64,000 bases of DNA, from positions 310,001 to 374,000 of the forward strand of contig NZ_SMNA01000001.1 of the NCBI RefSeq assembly GCF_004353825.1. The letters run 5' to 3'. The DNA is from Occultella glacieicola (lineage in GTDB: Bacteria > Actinomycetota > Actinomycetes > Actinomycetales > Beutenbergiaceae). Positions within the stretch are counted from its first letter, which is position 1. Each line of letters starts with the position of its first letter. Both the position numbers and the translations under genes were made by a program. The notes under the pieces are model-generated. The model saw only the letters and a list, made by a program, of their open reading frames with translations. It was not told the origin of the DNA and searched no databases. This document shows positions 12,172 through 20,843 of this stretch, piece after piece.

Positions 12172-13851
12172 CTACTTCGGCGCCGTGCCGGCGCGGATCA
12201 CGTCGTGCTCGTAGGCCCACGCGGTCGCCGCGGAGCGGGAGGGTAGGTCCAGCTTCGCGAGGATGTTCCCGACGTGCCGGGCGACCGTCTTCTCGCTCAG
12301 GTGCAGCGTGGTGGCGATCGCCCGGTTCGTGTGCCCGGCGCCGATCAGCCGCAGCACTTCGACCTCGCGGGCGGAGAGCGGGTGGGCGGGGCGTGACGCC
12401 GCCCTCGGGTGCAGCAGCGTGTCCACCCGCGCGGCGTCCGGGGCCGCGCCGAGCCGGGCGAACGTCGCCGCGGCGCTGCCGAGCTCGAGGGCGGCGCCGG
12501 CGTCGTCGGCCAGCTCACGGCAGGCCAGCCCGATGAGTTCGCGGGTGCCGGCCTGCTCGTAGGGAGCCTCCAGGCTCGCCCACACGCTCAGGGCCGCTCG
12601 CAGCGGTGGCAGGGCGGCGGACGGATCGCCCTCGGTGAGCGTGGCGGCGCCGACGGCGTGGCCCGCGAGGGCCGCGAGGTACTGGCAGGATCGCTGCCCG
12701 GACAGGGTCGTCAGTTCGTCGGCGGCGCCGCGCACCGCGGCGGTATCCCCGAGGGCCCGGGCGATCGTGACCCGGGCGGCGAGCAGCACCGGCCGGGCGA
12801 ACGGGTCGACGGTCTCCTCGAGGGTCCGGGTGAGGGTCGCGGAGGCGGCGGATCCGTCTCCGCGGGCGAGCAGGAGCAGCGCGTATCCGGGCTGTGGCTG
12901 GCGGCCGAACGTATTGGCCCGCCGGAAAGCCTCCTCGGCGACGTCCCAGTCCCCGCGCAGCCGGTGCAGTTCGCCCTCCTGGTACCAGGCGTCGCCGGCC
13001 GCGCCCTGACCGGGCGGGTCGGAGAGCCGTTCCCGGGCGAGCCTGGCCTGGGTCGCGGCGTCGGCCCAGGCGCCGTGCAGCTGCAGCACCTGGGAGCGGT
13101 GCACCAGGCACTGGCCACGGTAGGGGACCAGCTCGGGCTGGCTCTCGCACCATCGGCTGAGCGCGGCCGTCCACTCCTGGGCCCGGCGCACGTCGAGCAG
13201 GATCCGGCAGGCGTCGATCACCGCGCAGTACGCGAGCCCGGCGATCATCTCGGTGACCTCACCGGCGGTGACCGCGACCATCACCTCGTCCAGATGGCCG
13301 ACCGCCGTGACCGCCTCCGCCGTCGAGGCCATCCCGGGCATCAGGGCCGCCCGGCCGGTGCCGAGCCTGGCGAGGGCCAGGAGGTCGGGGTCGCGGTGTT
13401 CGCGGCCGAGGTCGAGGGCCCGGCCGAAGAGGTCCTTGGCTCCGTCGGTGTCCCCGGCGAACGCCCGCTGCAGGCCGAGCGGAACCAGCAGCAGGCCCCG
13501 CTCGGCGCCGTCCAGGCCCGCCCCGTCGAGCACGGCACCGCCCCGTTCGAGCCATGCCCCGGCCTCGGACCATCGCCCGGCCTGGGTCAGGACGAACCCG
13601 ATCCAGAACGCGGTCCGGGCGGCCGCCGTCGGGTCGGTGTCGACGTCGAGCTGGAACCCGCTGGTGAAGGCGGCGATGCACTCGGCCTCGTTGCCGCTGA
13701 GGTAGGCCGCCTTCGCGAACCGGTCCAGGTCCGCGGAACCGAGCGGTGCGAGGTCGTCGGCCTCGCGCAGGGCGCGGAGCGCGCCCGCCCAGGCCCGCCG
13801 CTGGTACAGCGCCCGGCCGGTCTGGAGTGGGTCGGCGCTCGGCACGGACAC
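12172..13851 (-). CDS. Large LuxR-family regulator (helical sensor + C-terminal HTH)
   Basis: LSAREVEVLRLIGAGHTNRAIATTLHLSEKTVARHVGNILAKL. Confidence 0.88.
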   Translation of the reverse strand: MSVPSADPLQTGRALYQRRAWAGALRALREADDLAPLGSADLDRFAKAAYLSGNEAECIAAFTSGFQLDVDTDPTAAARTAFWIGFVLTQAGRWSEAGAWLERGGAVLDGAGLDGAERGLLLVPLGLQRAFAGDTDGAKDLFGRALDLGREHRDPDLLALARLGTGRAALMPGMASTAEAVTAVGHLDEVMVAVTAGEVTEMIAGLAYCAVIDACRILLDVRRAQEWTAALSRWCESQPELVPYRGQCLVHRSQVLQLHGAWADAATQARLARERLSDPPGQGAAGDAWYQEGELHRLRGDWDVAEEAFRRANTFGRQPQPGYALLLLARGDGSAASATLTRTLEETVDPFARPVLLAARVTIARALGDTAAVRGAADELTTLSGQRSCQYLAALAGHAVGAATLTEGDPSAALPPLRAALSVWASLEAPYEQAGTRELIGLACRELADDAGAALELGSAAATFARLGAAPDAARVDTLLHPRAASRPAHPLSAREVEVLRLIGAGHTNRAIATTLHLSEKTVARHVGNILAKLDLPSRSAATAWAYEHDVIRAGTAPK

Positions 13852-14131
13852 CGGGACGTCACCGGCCCGGTCGTCGCGTCGAGCCGAACCCGACGGCGTC
13901 GCTCACCTCATCGATGCTACGCGCGTGCGGGCCCGTGCGGGGCCGACCGGCGGGATGCTCAGGGACGACCGCGAAGCACCACGGCTGCCCCGGGGAATAC
14001 CTGTCGTCGTCGGAGGTTGGACACGAGGCGCGCCGGCCCGTCCGCCGGGGAACCAGACCACCCCGGAGCGGTCCGGCGCGGACCCACCCGTCGCCGTCAC
14101 CGCGGCCGTAGATCTCCGGGAGCCCGACCGC

Positions 14132-15229
14132 ATGAGCTTGCTGCTGACCCCGTTCAACCTCGGCAGGATCACGTTCCGCAACCGGCTCTGGGTCGCGCCC
14201 ATGTGCCAGTACTCGGCGGTCGACGGCGTACCGAACGACTGGCACCACGTGCACCTGGCGCAGTTCGCGTCGGGCGGTGCCGGCCTTGTCATCGCCGAGG
14301 CGACCGCGGTGGTGCCCGAGGGTCGTATCTCGCCCGGCGACACCGGCCTGTGGAACGAGGCGCACGGTGAGGGCTGGTCGACGATCGCCGCGTCGATCCG
14401 CGCTCGCGGGGCGGTCGCCGGTATCCAGCTCGCCCACGCGGGCCGCAAGGCGTCGACGTTCGCGCCCTTCGCCGACGAGCGGGGCTCGGTGCCCCGCGAT
14501 CGCGGCGGCTGGCAGACGGTGGCGCCGTCGGCGATCGCGTTCGAGGGACTCACGGAACCGGTGGCCCTCGACCTCGCCGGCATCGACGCCGTCGTGACCG
14601 CGTTCGCCGAGGCCGCCACGCGTGCTGTCGCAGCGGGATTCGAGGTTCTCGAGATCCATGCCGCGCACGGGTACCTGCTGCACCAGTTCCTCTCGCCACT
14701 GTCGAACCACCGCGACGACTCCTACGGCGGATCGCTCGAGAACCGTGCTCGCCTGCTGCTGCGGGTCGTGGCGGCCGTGGCCACGGCCGCGCCGGACGCG
14801 ACCGTGTTCGTGCGGTTCTCGGGCACCGACTGGGCCGACGGCGGATGGGACGTCGCGCAGACGGCGACCGTGGCGACCTGGGCGGCCGAGCGCGGCGCGC
14901 AGTTCTTCGACATCTCCAGCGGCGGACTCGTCGCCCACCAGCGGATCACGGTCGGACCCGGGTACCAGGTGCCGGTGGCGGCTCAGGTCCGCCGTCTCGC
15001 CGGGGTGCCGGTCAGCGCCGTCGGCGAGATCACCGACGGCCCGCAGGCGGAACAGATCCTCGAGGCCGGGGACGCCGACGCCATCATGGCCGGGCGCGAG
15101 TGGTTGCGAGACCCGCACTTCGCGCTGCGGGCAGCGACCGAGTTGGGCGAGACGGAGGCCGCGAGCTGGCCCCCGCAGTACCTGCGTGCTCGCCCGCGCG
15201 GGGCCAGTGCGCCGCAGCCCGTCCGGTAG
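14132..15229 (+). CDS. NADH:flavin oxidoreductase, Old Yellow Enzyme YqjM/NamA-like
   Basis: APMCQYS, GIQLAHAGRKAS, EIHAAHGYLLHQFLSP, REWLRDP. Confidence 0.92.
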   Translation: MSLLLTPFNLGRITFRNRLWVAPMCQYSAVDGVPNDWHHVHLAQFASGGAGLVIAEATAVVPEGRISPGDTGLWNEAHGEGWSTIAASIRARGAVAGIQLAHAGRKASTFAPFADERGSVPRDRGGWQTVAPSAIAFEGLTEPVALDLAGIDAVVTAFAEAATRAVAAGFEVLEIHAAHGYLLHQFLSPLSNHRDDSYGGSLENRARLLLRVVAAVATAAPDATVFVRFSGTDWADGGWDVAQTATVATWAAERGAQFFDISSGGLVAHQRITVGPGYQVPVAAQVRRLAGVPVSAVGEITDGPQAEQILEAGDADAIMAGREWLRDPHFALRAATELGETEAASWPPQYLRARPRGASAPQPVR

Positions 15230-15314
15230 CGCGTGCCGCACCACCCGAGTACTGCCACTGATCGGCGGACGTAAGCGCCGCCGTCGGGCTCCGACGGCGG
15301 CGCCTGCGCCGCGG

Positions 15315-16451
15315 TTACGGCCGCGCCACGAAGTACGCGTTGAACGGGTCCGCCGGGACGTCCACGATCGCGACGTCGGTGAACCCGGCATCGCCGAGCA
15401 TCCGTTCGGCGAGCTGGGTGCCCCAGACGGTGCCGAGGCCGTCGCCGTCGAGGCCGAGGGAGACGCTCATGCAGTGGAACATCGAGATCGCGTAGAGGTA
15501 GCTGCCCCACGGCAGGGCGGCGTTGTCCTCGACGTTGCTGGACGCCTTGATGTCCACCATCAGGAACACCCCGTCCTCGCGCAGCGCCGACCGGATGTTC
15601 GCGAGCACCCGCGCGGGGTGGGCCTGGTCGTGGACGGCGTCGAACGCGGTCACCAGGTCGAAGTGACCGGGCTCGTCGACGCCGGCGACGTCGACAGCCT
15701 CGAAGCGGGTGTTGGTCAGTCCCCACTCGGCGGCCTCGGCGCGGGCGTTCGCGATGCCCTCGGCGGAGAAGTCGTAGCCGACGAACCGGCTGGCCGGGAA
15801 CGCCTTCGCCATCAGGTTGATGGCGTGCCCGGAGCCGCAGCCCACGTCGAGGACGTCGATCCCCGCCGTCAGCCGGTCCGGCAGCCCGGGGACGAGCGGC
15901 AGGATCCCGTCGACCAGGACCGCGTCGTTCACGGTGGCGGACTCCTCCGCCATGGTGGCCTGGAATCGCGGGTACTCGGCGTAGTCGAGCCCACCGCCGT
16001 GCTGCAGGCTCTCCAGCACCCGGTCCTCCACGCCGCCGAGCATCGGGATGTACTGCATGAGCTGGGCGAGGTTGTCCGGACCGGCCGCCCTGGTCAGCAC
16101 AGCGGCATGCGAGCGGGGGAACTCGAACGTCACGCGGGCCGGGTCGTAGCGGACGATCCCGGCTGCCGACAGCCCTCCGAGCCACTCCCGCACGTACCGC
16201 TCGTCGAGACCGGCCGCGTCGGCGATCTGCTGGCTGGTCGACGGCGGCAGGGTCGCCATCGTCTCGAACAGCCCGGCCCGGTGGCCGATGCTGGTGAGGA
16301 TGGCGATCGCGCTGGAGTTGAGGATCTCGAGGTAGCGGCCGGTGAGGGCGGCGGTCTCCTCAGCCTCGGTCGTCGACGCCCCAGAGGGCTCCGACGGGCT
16401 CGGCGGCGACGGGAGGGTGGTCGGGGCCGGGGCGGGGTAGGTCGTACTCAA
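15315..16451 (-). CDS. Class I SAM methyltransferase with N-terminal wHTH (Rv2258c-like)
   Basis: AGLDERYVREWL, VLDVGCGSG, AFDAVHDQAHP, FHCMSVSL..GLGTVWG; AAGGAG SD before TTG. Confidence 0.87.
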   Translation of the reverse strand: MSTTYPAPAPTTLPSPPSPSEPSGASTTEAEETAALTGRYLEILNSSAIAILTSIGHRAGLFETMATLPPSTSQQIADAAGLDERYVREWLGGLSAAGIVRYDPARVTFEFPRSHAAVLTRAAGPDNLAQLMQYIPMLGGVEDRVLESLQHGGGLDYAEYPRFQATMAEESATVNDAVLVDGILPLVPGLPDRLTAGIDVLDVGCGSGHAINLMAKAFPASRFVGYDFSAEGIANARAEAAEWGLTNTRFEAVDVAGVDEPGHFDLVTAFDAVHDQAHPARVLANIRSALREDGVFLMVDIKASSNVEDNAALPWGSYLYAISMFHCMSVSLGLDGDGLGTVWGTQLAERMLGDAGFTDVAIVDVPADPFNAYFVARP

Positions 16452-16755
16452 GGTGACTCTCCTTCTCGGGGGTTGCCACCGGCCCCGGCACGCCGCGCGT
16501 GTGGCGCAGGTACAGGACCAGCATCAGGCCGGTGGTGATGAGGTAGAAGCCGTGCAGGAACCAGATCGGCCCCGCCGGCAGGCTGTAGATGTACAGCGAA
16601 TGCACCACGTTGCCCGTGTTCGCGAGCAACAGGTTGCCGAGGCTGTAGGAGGCGAGGTCGCGGGTGCGGAGGGCCTTGAGGACCATCGGCATGACGCTGC
16701 CCGCGAAGATCACGGTGGAGATGCTGCCCGCCACCACGGCGACGCTGGCGTCCAT
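16360..16755 (-). CDS. Small 3-TM membrane protein, PQ-loop/SemiSWEET-like
   Basis: Hydrophobic, MPMVLKALRTRDLASYS resembles the PQ-loop P(Q)xxKxxRT..S pattern; GGGAGG SD; tail overlaps the next gene by 92 nt. Confidence 0.6.
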   Translation of the reverse strand: MDASVAVVAGSISTVIFAGSVMPMVLKALRTRDLASYSLGNLLLANTGNVVHSLYIYSLPAGPIWFLHGFYLITTGLMLVLYLRHTRGVPGPVATPEKESHLEYDLPRPGPDHPPVAAEPVGALWGVDDRG

Positions 16756-16929
16756 CACGATCCTCCCTCGGACTCGGCGTGAACTGGTGCGTCTACGCTA
16801 GGAATTCCGGGGGTCCTGGCGAATCGGGAGAATCACCCAAACCTGCGACGCGGGTATGGGGTGTTCGTCCCAGGGCGCTCCCCGCCGCGGGGGTGCGGTT
16901 CCGCGGCCGGGGGTGCGGTCGTGCCGCGG

Positions 16930-18552
16930 CTACCCGAGCCGGGTCAGCCGGTGCTCGTGCGCCCAGGCGGCGGCCGCGGTGCGGGACGAGACGTCGATCT
17001 TGGTGAAGATGTTCGCCAGGTGCCGGTCCACGGTCTTGACGCTGATGAACAGGGCGGCGGCGGCGTCCCGGTTGCTCGCGCCCGCGGCGATCTGCCGCAG
17101 CACCTCCGCCTCGCGCGCCGTGAGCCCACCGGGCAGCGGGACGGTGCCCAGGCGGGCCACGTCCGGCAGTGCGCCGAGCTCGGCGTAGATCGCCACTGCC
17201 GTGGCCAGGTCGGACTCGGCCGCCGCGTCGTCGCCGAGCCCGGTGTGGGCGGTGGCGCACAACTCGTAGATCCGGGCGGTCTCGTACCGGGCTCGCAGGG
17301 TGCGGTAGCCGGCGGCGGCCCGGCGCAGCACGGGCAGCGCCTCCTCGTGGCGCTTGCGGGCCACCAGCACCGCGGCCCTGGCGTGCACCGCCCAGGCTCG
17401 GAAGCCCTCGGTGGCGTACTCGGCGGCGATCGTCTCGAGGTCGCGGCACAGCCGGTCCGCCTCGTCGACCCGGCCCTCGGCGATCGCGATCTCCACCGCC
17501 GGCCCCAGGAGCCGGGCGCAGGCGAGCCGGTCCCGGCCGGCCATGGTCGCCCGCAGCGCCGCACCGGCTTCGCGGACCCGGCCCTGCGTCAGATCGAGCA
17601 GAGCCGCACCGGGCTGGATCTCCGCGCCCAGTTCGTGGGCCCGGTCGAACGACTCACGGGCGCCGGTGGTGTCGCCGCGCAGCCGCCGGATCTCACCGAG
17701 CTGGTAGTACGCCTCACCGGCCACCCAGTTGTTGACGCCGGCCAGCTCGGCGCCGCTGCGCACGATGCCGGCCTCCGCCGTCGTCCAGTCACCCTCGGTG
17801 CAGAGCAGCTGCAGGCGGTGGATGCGGCAGATCCCGGAGTACACCACCTCGCCGCGGAACTGCTCGCACCACTGCTCGGTGGCCGCGGTCCAGGCCCGCA
17901 TCCGGCTCAGGTCGCCGAGGTTGTGACAGATGTGGATCACGGTGCAGTAGACGTCGCCGGCCCACTCGGGCGGCATCTGCCCGGCGAGCACCGGCAGCAT
18001 CGCCTCGTCCAACTGGGCGAAACCACCCGCGGGGTCGCCGGTGTGGGCGTCCGCGAGCCCGGAGAGCACGAGGCCGAGCGAGGTCAGCTGGGGGGCGTGG
18101 TACCGGCGTCCCATCTCGCGCAGGGTGGCCGCGGTCTCCCGGGCCGGGCCGACGCCGAAGAAGTCCATCTCGACGACGGCCTCCAGGTAGCGGAGGTAGC
18201 CGTGCTCGACGCCCTCGGGCAGCTCGGCGAGGATCCGCCGGGCCCGGTTCACCCATCCGGACGCGATCACGATGTCGCCGCGGATGAACCAGAGCAGACC
18301 GATGTTGAGGGCCTTCATGGCCGCACCGGTGGGGTCGCCCTCCTGCTGGTAGCGGTCGAAGACCTCCTCGGAGAGGTCGAGGGACTCGCGGGCCGCGCCG
18401 ACCCACCAGGTGGCCCGGCTGAGCAGGTCCAGGTCGGCCGTCGAGAGCGCGCCGAGGTTGCGAGCCCTGGACAGATCGCGGTGCGCGGCCTGCCAGTCCC
18501 CGCGGGCGAACTCCAGTCGCCCCGCATCCAGAACCGCTGTTGGATCATCCAT
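16930..18552 (-). CDS. Large LuxR-family regulator, paralog of 12172-13851
   Basis: LTAREAEVLRQIAAGASNRDAAAALFISVKTVDRHLANIFTK; shares LDE.M..V.AG and YC.VI..C with the paralog. Confidence 0.88.
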   Translation of the reverse strand: MDDPTAVLDAGRLEFARGDWQAAHRDLSRARNLGALSTADLDLLSRATWWVGAARESLDLSEEVFDRYQQEGDPTGAAMKALNIGLLWFIRGDIVIASGWVNRARRILAELPEGVEHGYLRYLEAVVEMDFFGVGPARETAATLREMGRRYHAPQLTSLGLVLSGLADAHTGDPAGGFAQLDEAMLPVLAGQMPPEWAGDVYCTVIHICHNLGDLSRMRAWTAATEQWCEQFRGEVVYSGICRIHRLQLLCTEGDWTTAEAGIVRSGAELAGVNNWVAGEAYYQLGEIRRLRGDTTGARESFDRAHELGAEIQPGAALLDLTQGRVREAGAALRATMAGRDRLACARLLGPAVEIAIAEGRVDEADRLCRDLETIAAEYATEGFRAWAVHARAAVLVARKRHEEALPVLRRAAAGYRTLRARYETARIYELCATAHTGLGDDAAAESDLATAVAIYAELGALPDVARLGTVPLPGGLTAREAEVLRQIAAGASNRDAAAALFISVKTVDRHLANIFTKIDVSSRTAAAAWAHEHRLTRLG

Positions 18553-18713
18553 GATCTGCTCCGGAACAACGGTATACCCGGGCCCGACGGCGGAAGGTCA
18601 CCTTTCCTCGCGATCGTCGCCGTGGTCGAGGGGGTCGTAGGGGGCCGTAGGGGTCAGGTGCTGACCGCTACCGCGCCTAGCCTGGGTGGCACACCGACGG
18701 CGAGGGGAAGCAG

Positions 18714-19949
18714 ATGGCGGCACGAACGACGGGGGCGGGTGCCTCGACCGGCCGGCCGGAGGACTGGGACCGGCTCCTGGCGCGCCGCCTCGCGACCCAC
18801 CGCCTGCTCGACCCGGAGCCGGCCGGAGCGGACCGCGCGCAGGCGATGACCGCCGTCGTCGATGCGATCCTGGGCGCGCACGCCCAGGTGATGGTGGCCG
18901 GTGAGACGTCGATCGGCCTGCGCGTGGACGGCGCGACCCGCTCCGACGTGCGCCACGCCGTCGAGGAGACGCGCACCCTCGTGAAGGCCCACGGCCCGCG
19001 GGGGACGGTGCATCTGCTCTCCGCCGACGGGCTGGCCCGGTGGGTCGGTGCGATGAGCTGGATCGGGGCCTCGGGCTCGACCCCTCCCGTCGCGATGCGG
19101 CTCACCCCGGAGCAGACCGAGACGGTCCTGGCGGCGCTCGGCACGGCCCTGGCCGGTGCCGAGCTGACCGTCGACGAACTCGACGAGGCAGTCATCGGGG
19201 CCACCGGACCGTGGGCCGGTGACCTGGTGATGCCGGCCTTCGGTGGCTACTGGCCGAGGTGGCGGCAGCTGATCGGCACCTCGGGTCATCGCGGCCTGCT
19301 CTGCTTCGGTCGGCCGCGGGGCCGGAAGGTGACGTACACGAGTCCGAGGACGTGGCTGCCCGGGTTCGATCCGCGGCCCGGGGCGCGCGCCGCCGTCGAC
19401 CTCGTGCACGCCTACCTGGCCGGGTACGGGCCGGCCACCGCCGCCGAGTTCGCGACCTGGCTGGCGATCCGGCCCGCCCGCGCCGTGGAGCTGTTCGCAC
19501 GCGCCGAGCAGGACCCGCGCCTGGTCCGGGTCGACCGGGTCGACCGGGTCGACCGGGGCGCTGCCGGCGTCGGCGTCGCCTGCCTGGACGTGGCCGACGC
19601 GCCGGACGTCGAGCCGGGAATGGGACAGGTCCGGCTGCTCCCGCTCTTCGACGCCTACGGGGTGGGCAGCCGGCCGAGGGAGCGGATCTTTCCGGGCCGG
19701 GCGTCCGAGCGGGCTCTCGCCGGCGGGCAGGCGGGGAACTTCCCGGTCGTGCTCGTCGACGGGGTGGTGGCCGGCGTCTGGCACCAGCGCCTGGCCGGCA
19801 AGCGGGTGCGGATCACGGTCGAGATGCTCGAGCCGCCCACGGCGGCGCGGCGCAACGCCGTCGAGGACCAGGTGGACCGGGTGGCCGCCGTGCTCGAGGC
19901 CACGCCGGACCTGACGTTCGGGGAGATCACCGTCGGCGCCCACGCCTGA
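18714..19949 (+). CDS. AlkZ-like (HTH_42) DNA glycosylase
   Basis: GAHAQ motif, HGPRGTVHL, YLAGYGPATAAEFATW, VRLLPLFDAY, VLVDGVVAGVW. Confidence 0.85.
   Translation: MAARTTGAGASTGRPEDWDRLLARRLATHRLLDPEPAGADRAQAMTAVVDAILGAHAQVMVAGETSIGLRVDGATRSDVRHAVEETRTLVKAHGPRGTVHLLSADGLARWVGAMSWIGASGSTPPVAMRLTPEQTETVLAALGTALAGAELTVDELDEAVIGATGPWAGDLVMPAFGGYWPRWRQLIGTSGHRGLLCFGRPRGRKVTYTSPRTWLPGFDPRPGARAAVDLVHAYLAGYGPATAAEFATWLAIRPARAVELFARAEQDPRLVRVDRVDRVDRGAAGVGVACLDVADAPDVEPGMGQVRLLPLFDAYGVGSRPRERIFPGRASERALAGGQAGNFPVVLVDGVVAGVWHQRLAGKRVRITVEMLEPPTAARRNAVEDQVDRVAAVLEATPDLTFGEITVGAHA
19526..19557 (+). repeat. In-frame 9-bp tandem repeat (CCGGGTCGA x3.5)
   Basis: Encodes RVDRVDRVDR in the AlkZ-like gene. 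Confidence 0.85.
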
Positions 19950-20074
19950 ACCGCGCCGGCTACCGGGCCGGGACGCGGGCGCGCTAGCGTTCGACCTGCC
20001 TGCCCGCGGGGTCCGCCGGGTTGTGCCGTCGGCCGGCCGGACGTTCGCGGACCACCAGAGGCGAGGTGGGCACG

Positions 20075-20776
20075 ATGCTCGAAGTGCTGGGCGCCATCCT
20101 TCCCTTCGCACTCGGGGTGTCGGTGAGCCCGGTCCCGGTCATCGTGAGCGTGCTGATCCTGCTCTCGCCGCGCTCGCGCGCGAACGGCCTCGCCTTCCTG
20201 CTCGGCTGGACGGTCGGCGTCGCCGCGGTCGTCGCCGTCCTCACCGCCCTCGCCCGCTACCTGCCCACCGACTCCGGCGACGGTCCGAACCCGGTGGCCG
20301 GTGTGCTGCAACTGGCACTCGGGCTGTGGCTGCTGGTCCTGGCGTGGCGCAAGTTCCGACCGGGCGAGCCCGATGCCGAGGCCGCGGTCGACCCGGACAC
20401 CGGGCTCCCGGTCCCGGAGCTGCCCGGCTGGATGTCATCGGTCGCGAGCACCACGCCGGCCCGGTCGTTGCGCGGTGGCGTGTTGTTCGCCGGTGCGAAC
20501 CCGAAGAATCTCGCATTCGCGGCCGGCGCCGCCATCGCCATCGGCACGGCGGGCCTGCCCGTCGGCGATGTCGTCCTGCTCGTCGCGGCCTACACCGTGA
20601 TCGCGTCGCTGACGGTGCTGCTGCCGGTCGGGGTGCACCTGGCGTTCCCGGCGCGGACGCAGCAGCCGTTGCGGGCTCTCGAGGTGTGGCTCGTGCGCAA
20701 CAACGCCACGATCGGCGTCGTCCTCCTGCTCGTCTACGGCGTTCTTCTGATCGGTCAGGGCATCGGGAGCTTCTAG
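20075..20776 (+). CDS. GAP/Sap family membrane protein (lipid-addressing)
   Basis: ALGVSVSPVPVI, AFLLGW, ANPKNL, WLVRNNATI. Confidence 0.82.
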   Translation: MLEVLGAILPFALGVSVSPVPVIVSVLILLSPRSRANGLAFLLGWTVGVAAVVAVLTALARYLPTDSGDGPNPVAGVLQLALGLWLLVLAWRKFRPGEPDAEAAVDPDTGLPVPELPGWMSSVASTTPARSLRGGVLFAGANPKNLAFAAGAAIAIGTAGLPVGDVVLLVAAYTVIASLTVLLPVGVHLAFPARTQQPLRALEVWLVRNNATIGVVLLLVYGVLLIGQGIGSF

Positions 20777-20843
20777 CCGGCCGGGGTCCTCACGCGGCCG
20801 CAACCCGGCCCCCGCACGCGGGGACCGGGCTGGGCGTGAGCGT

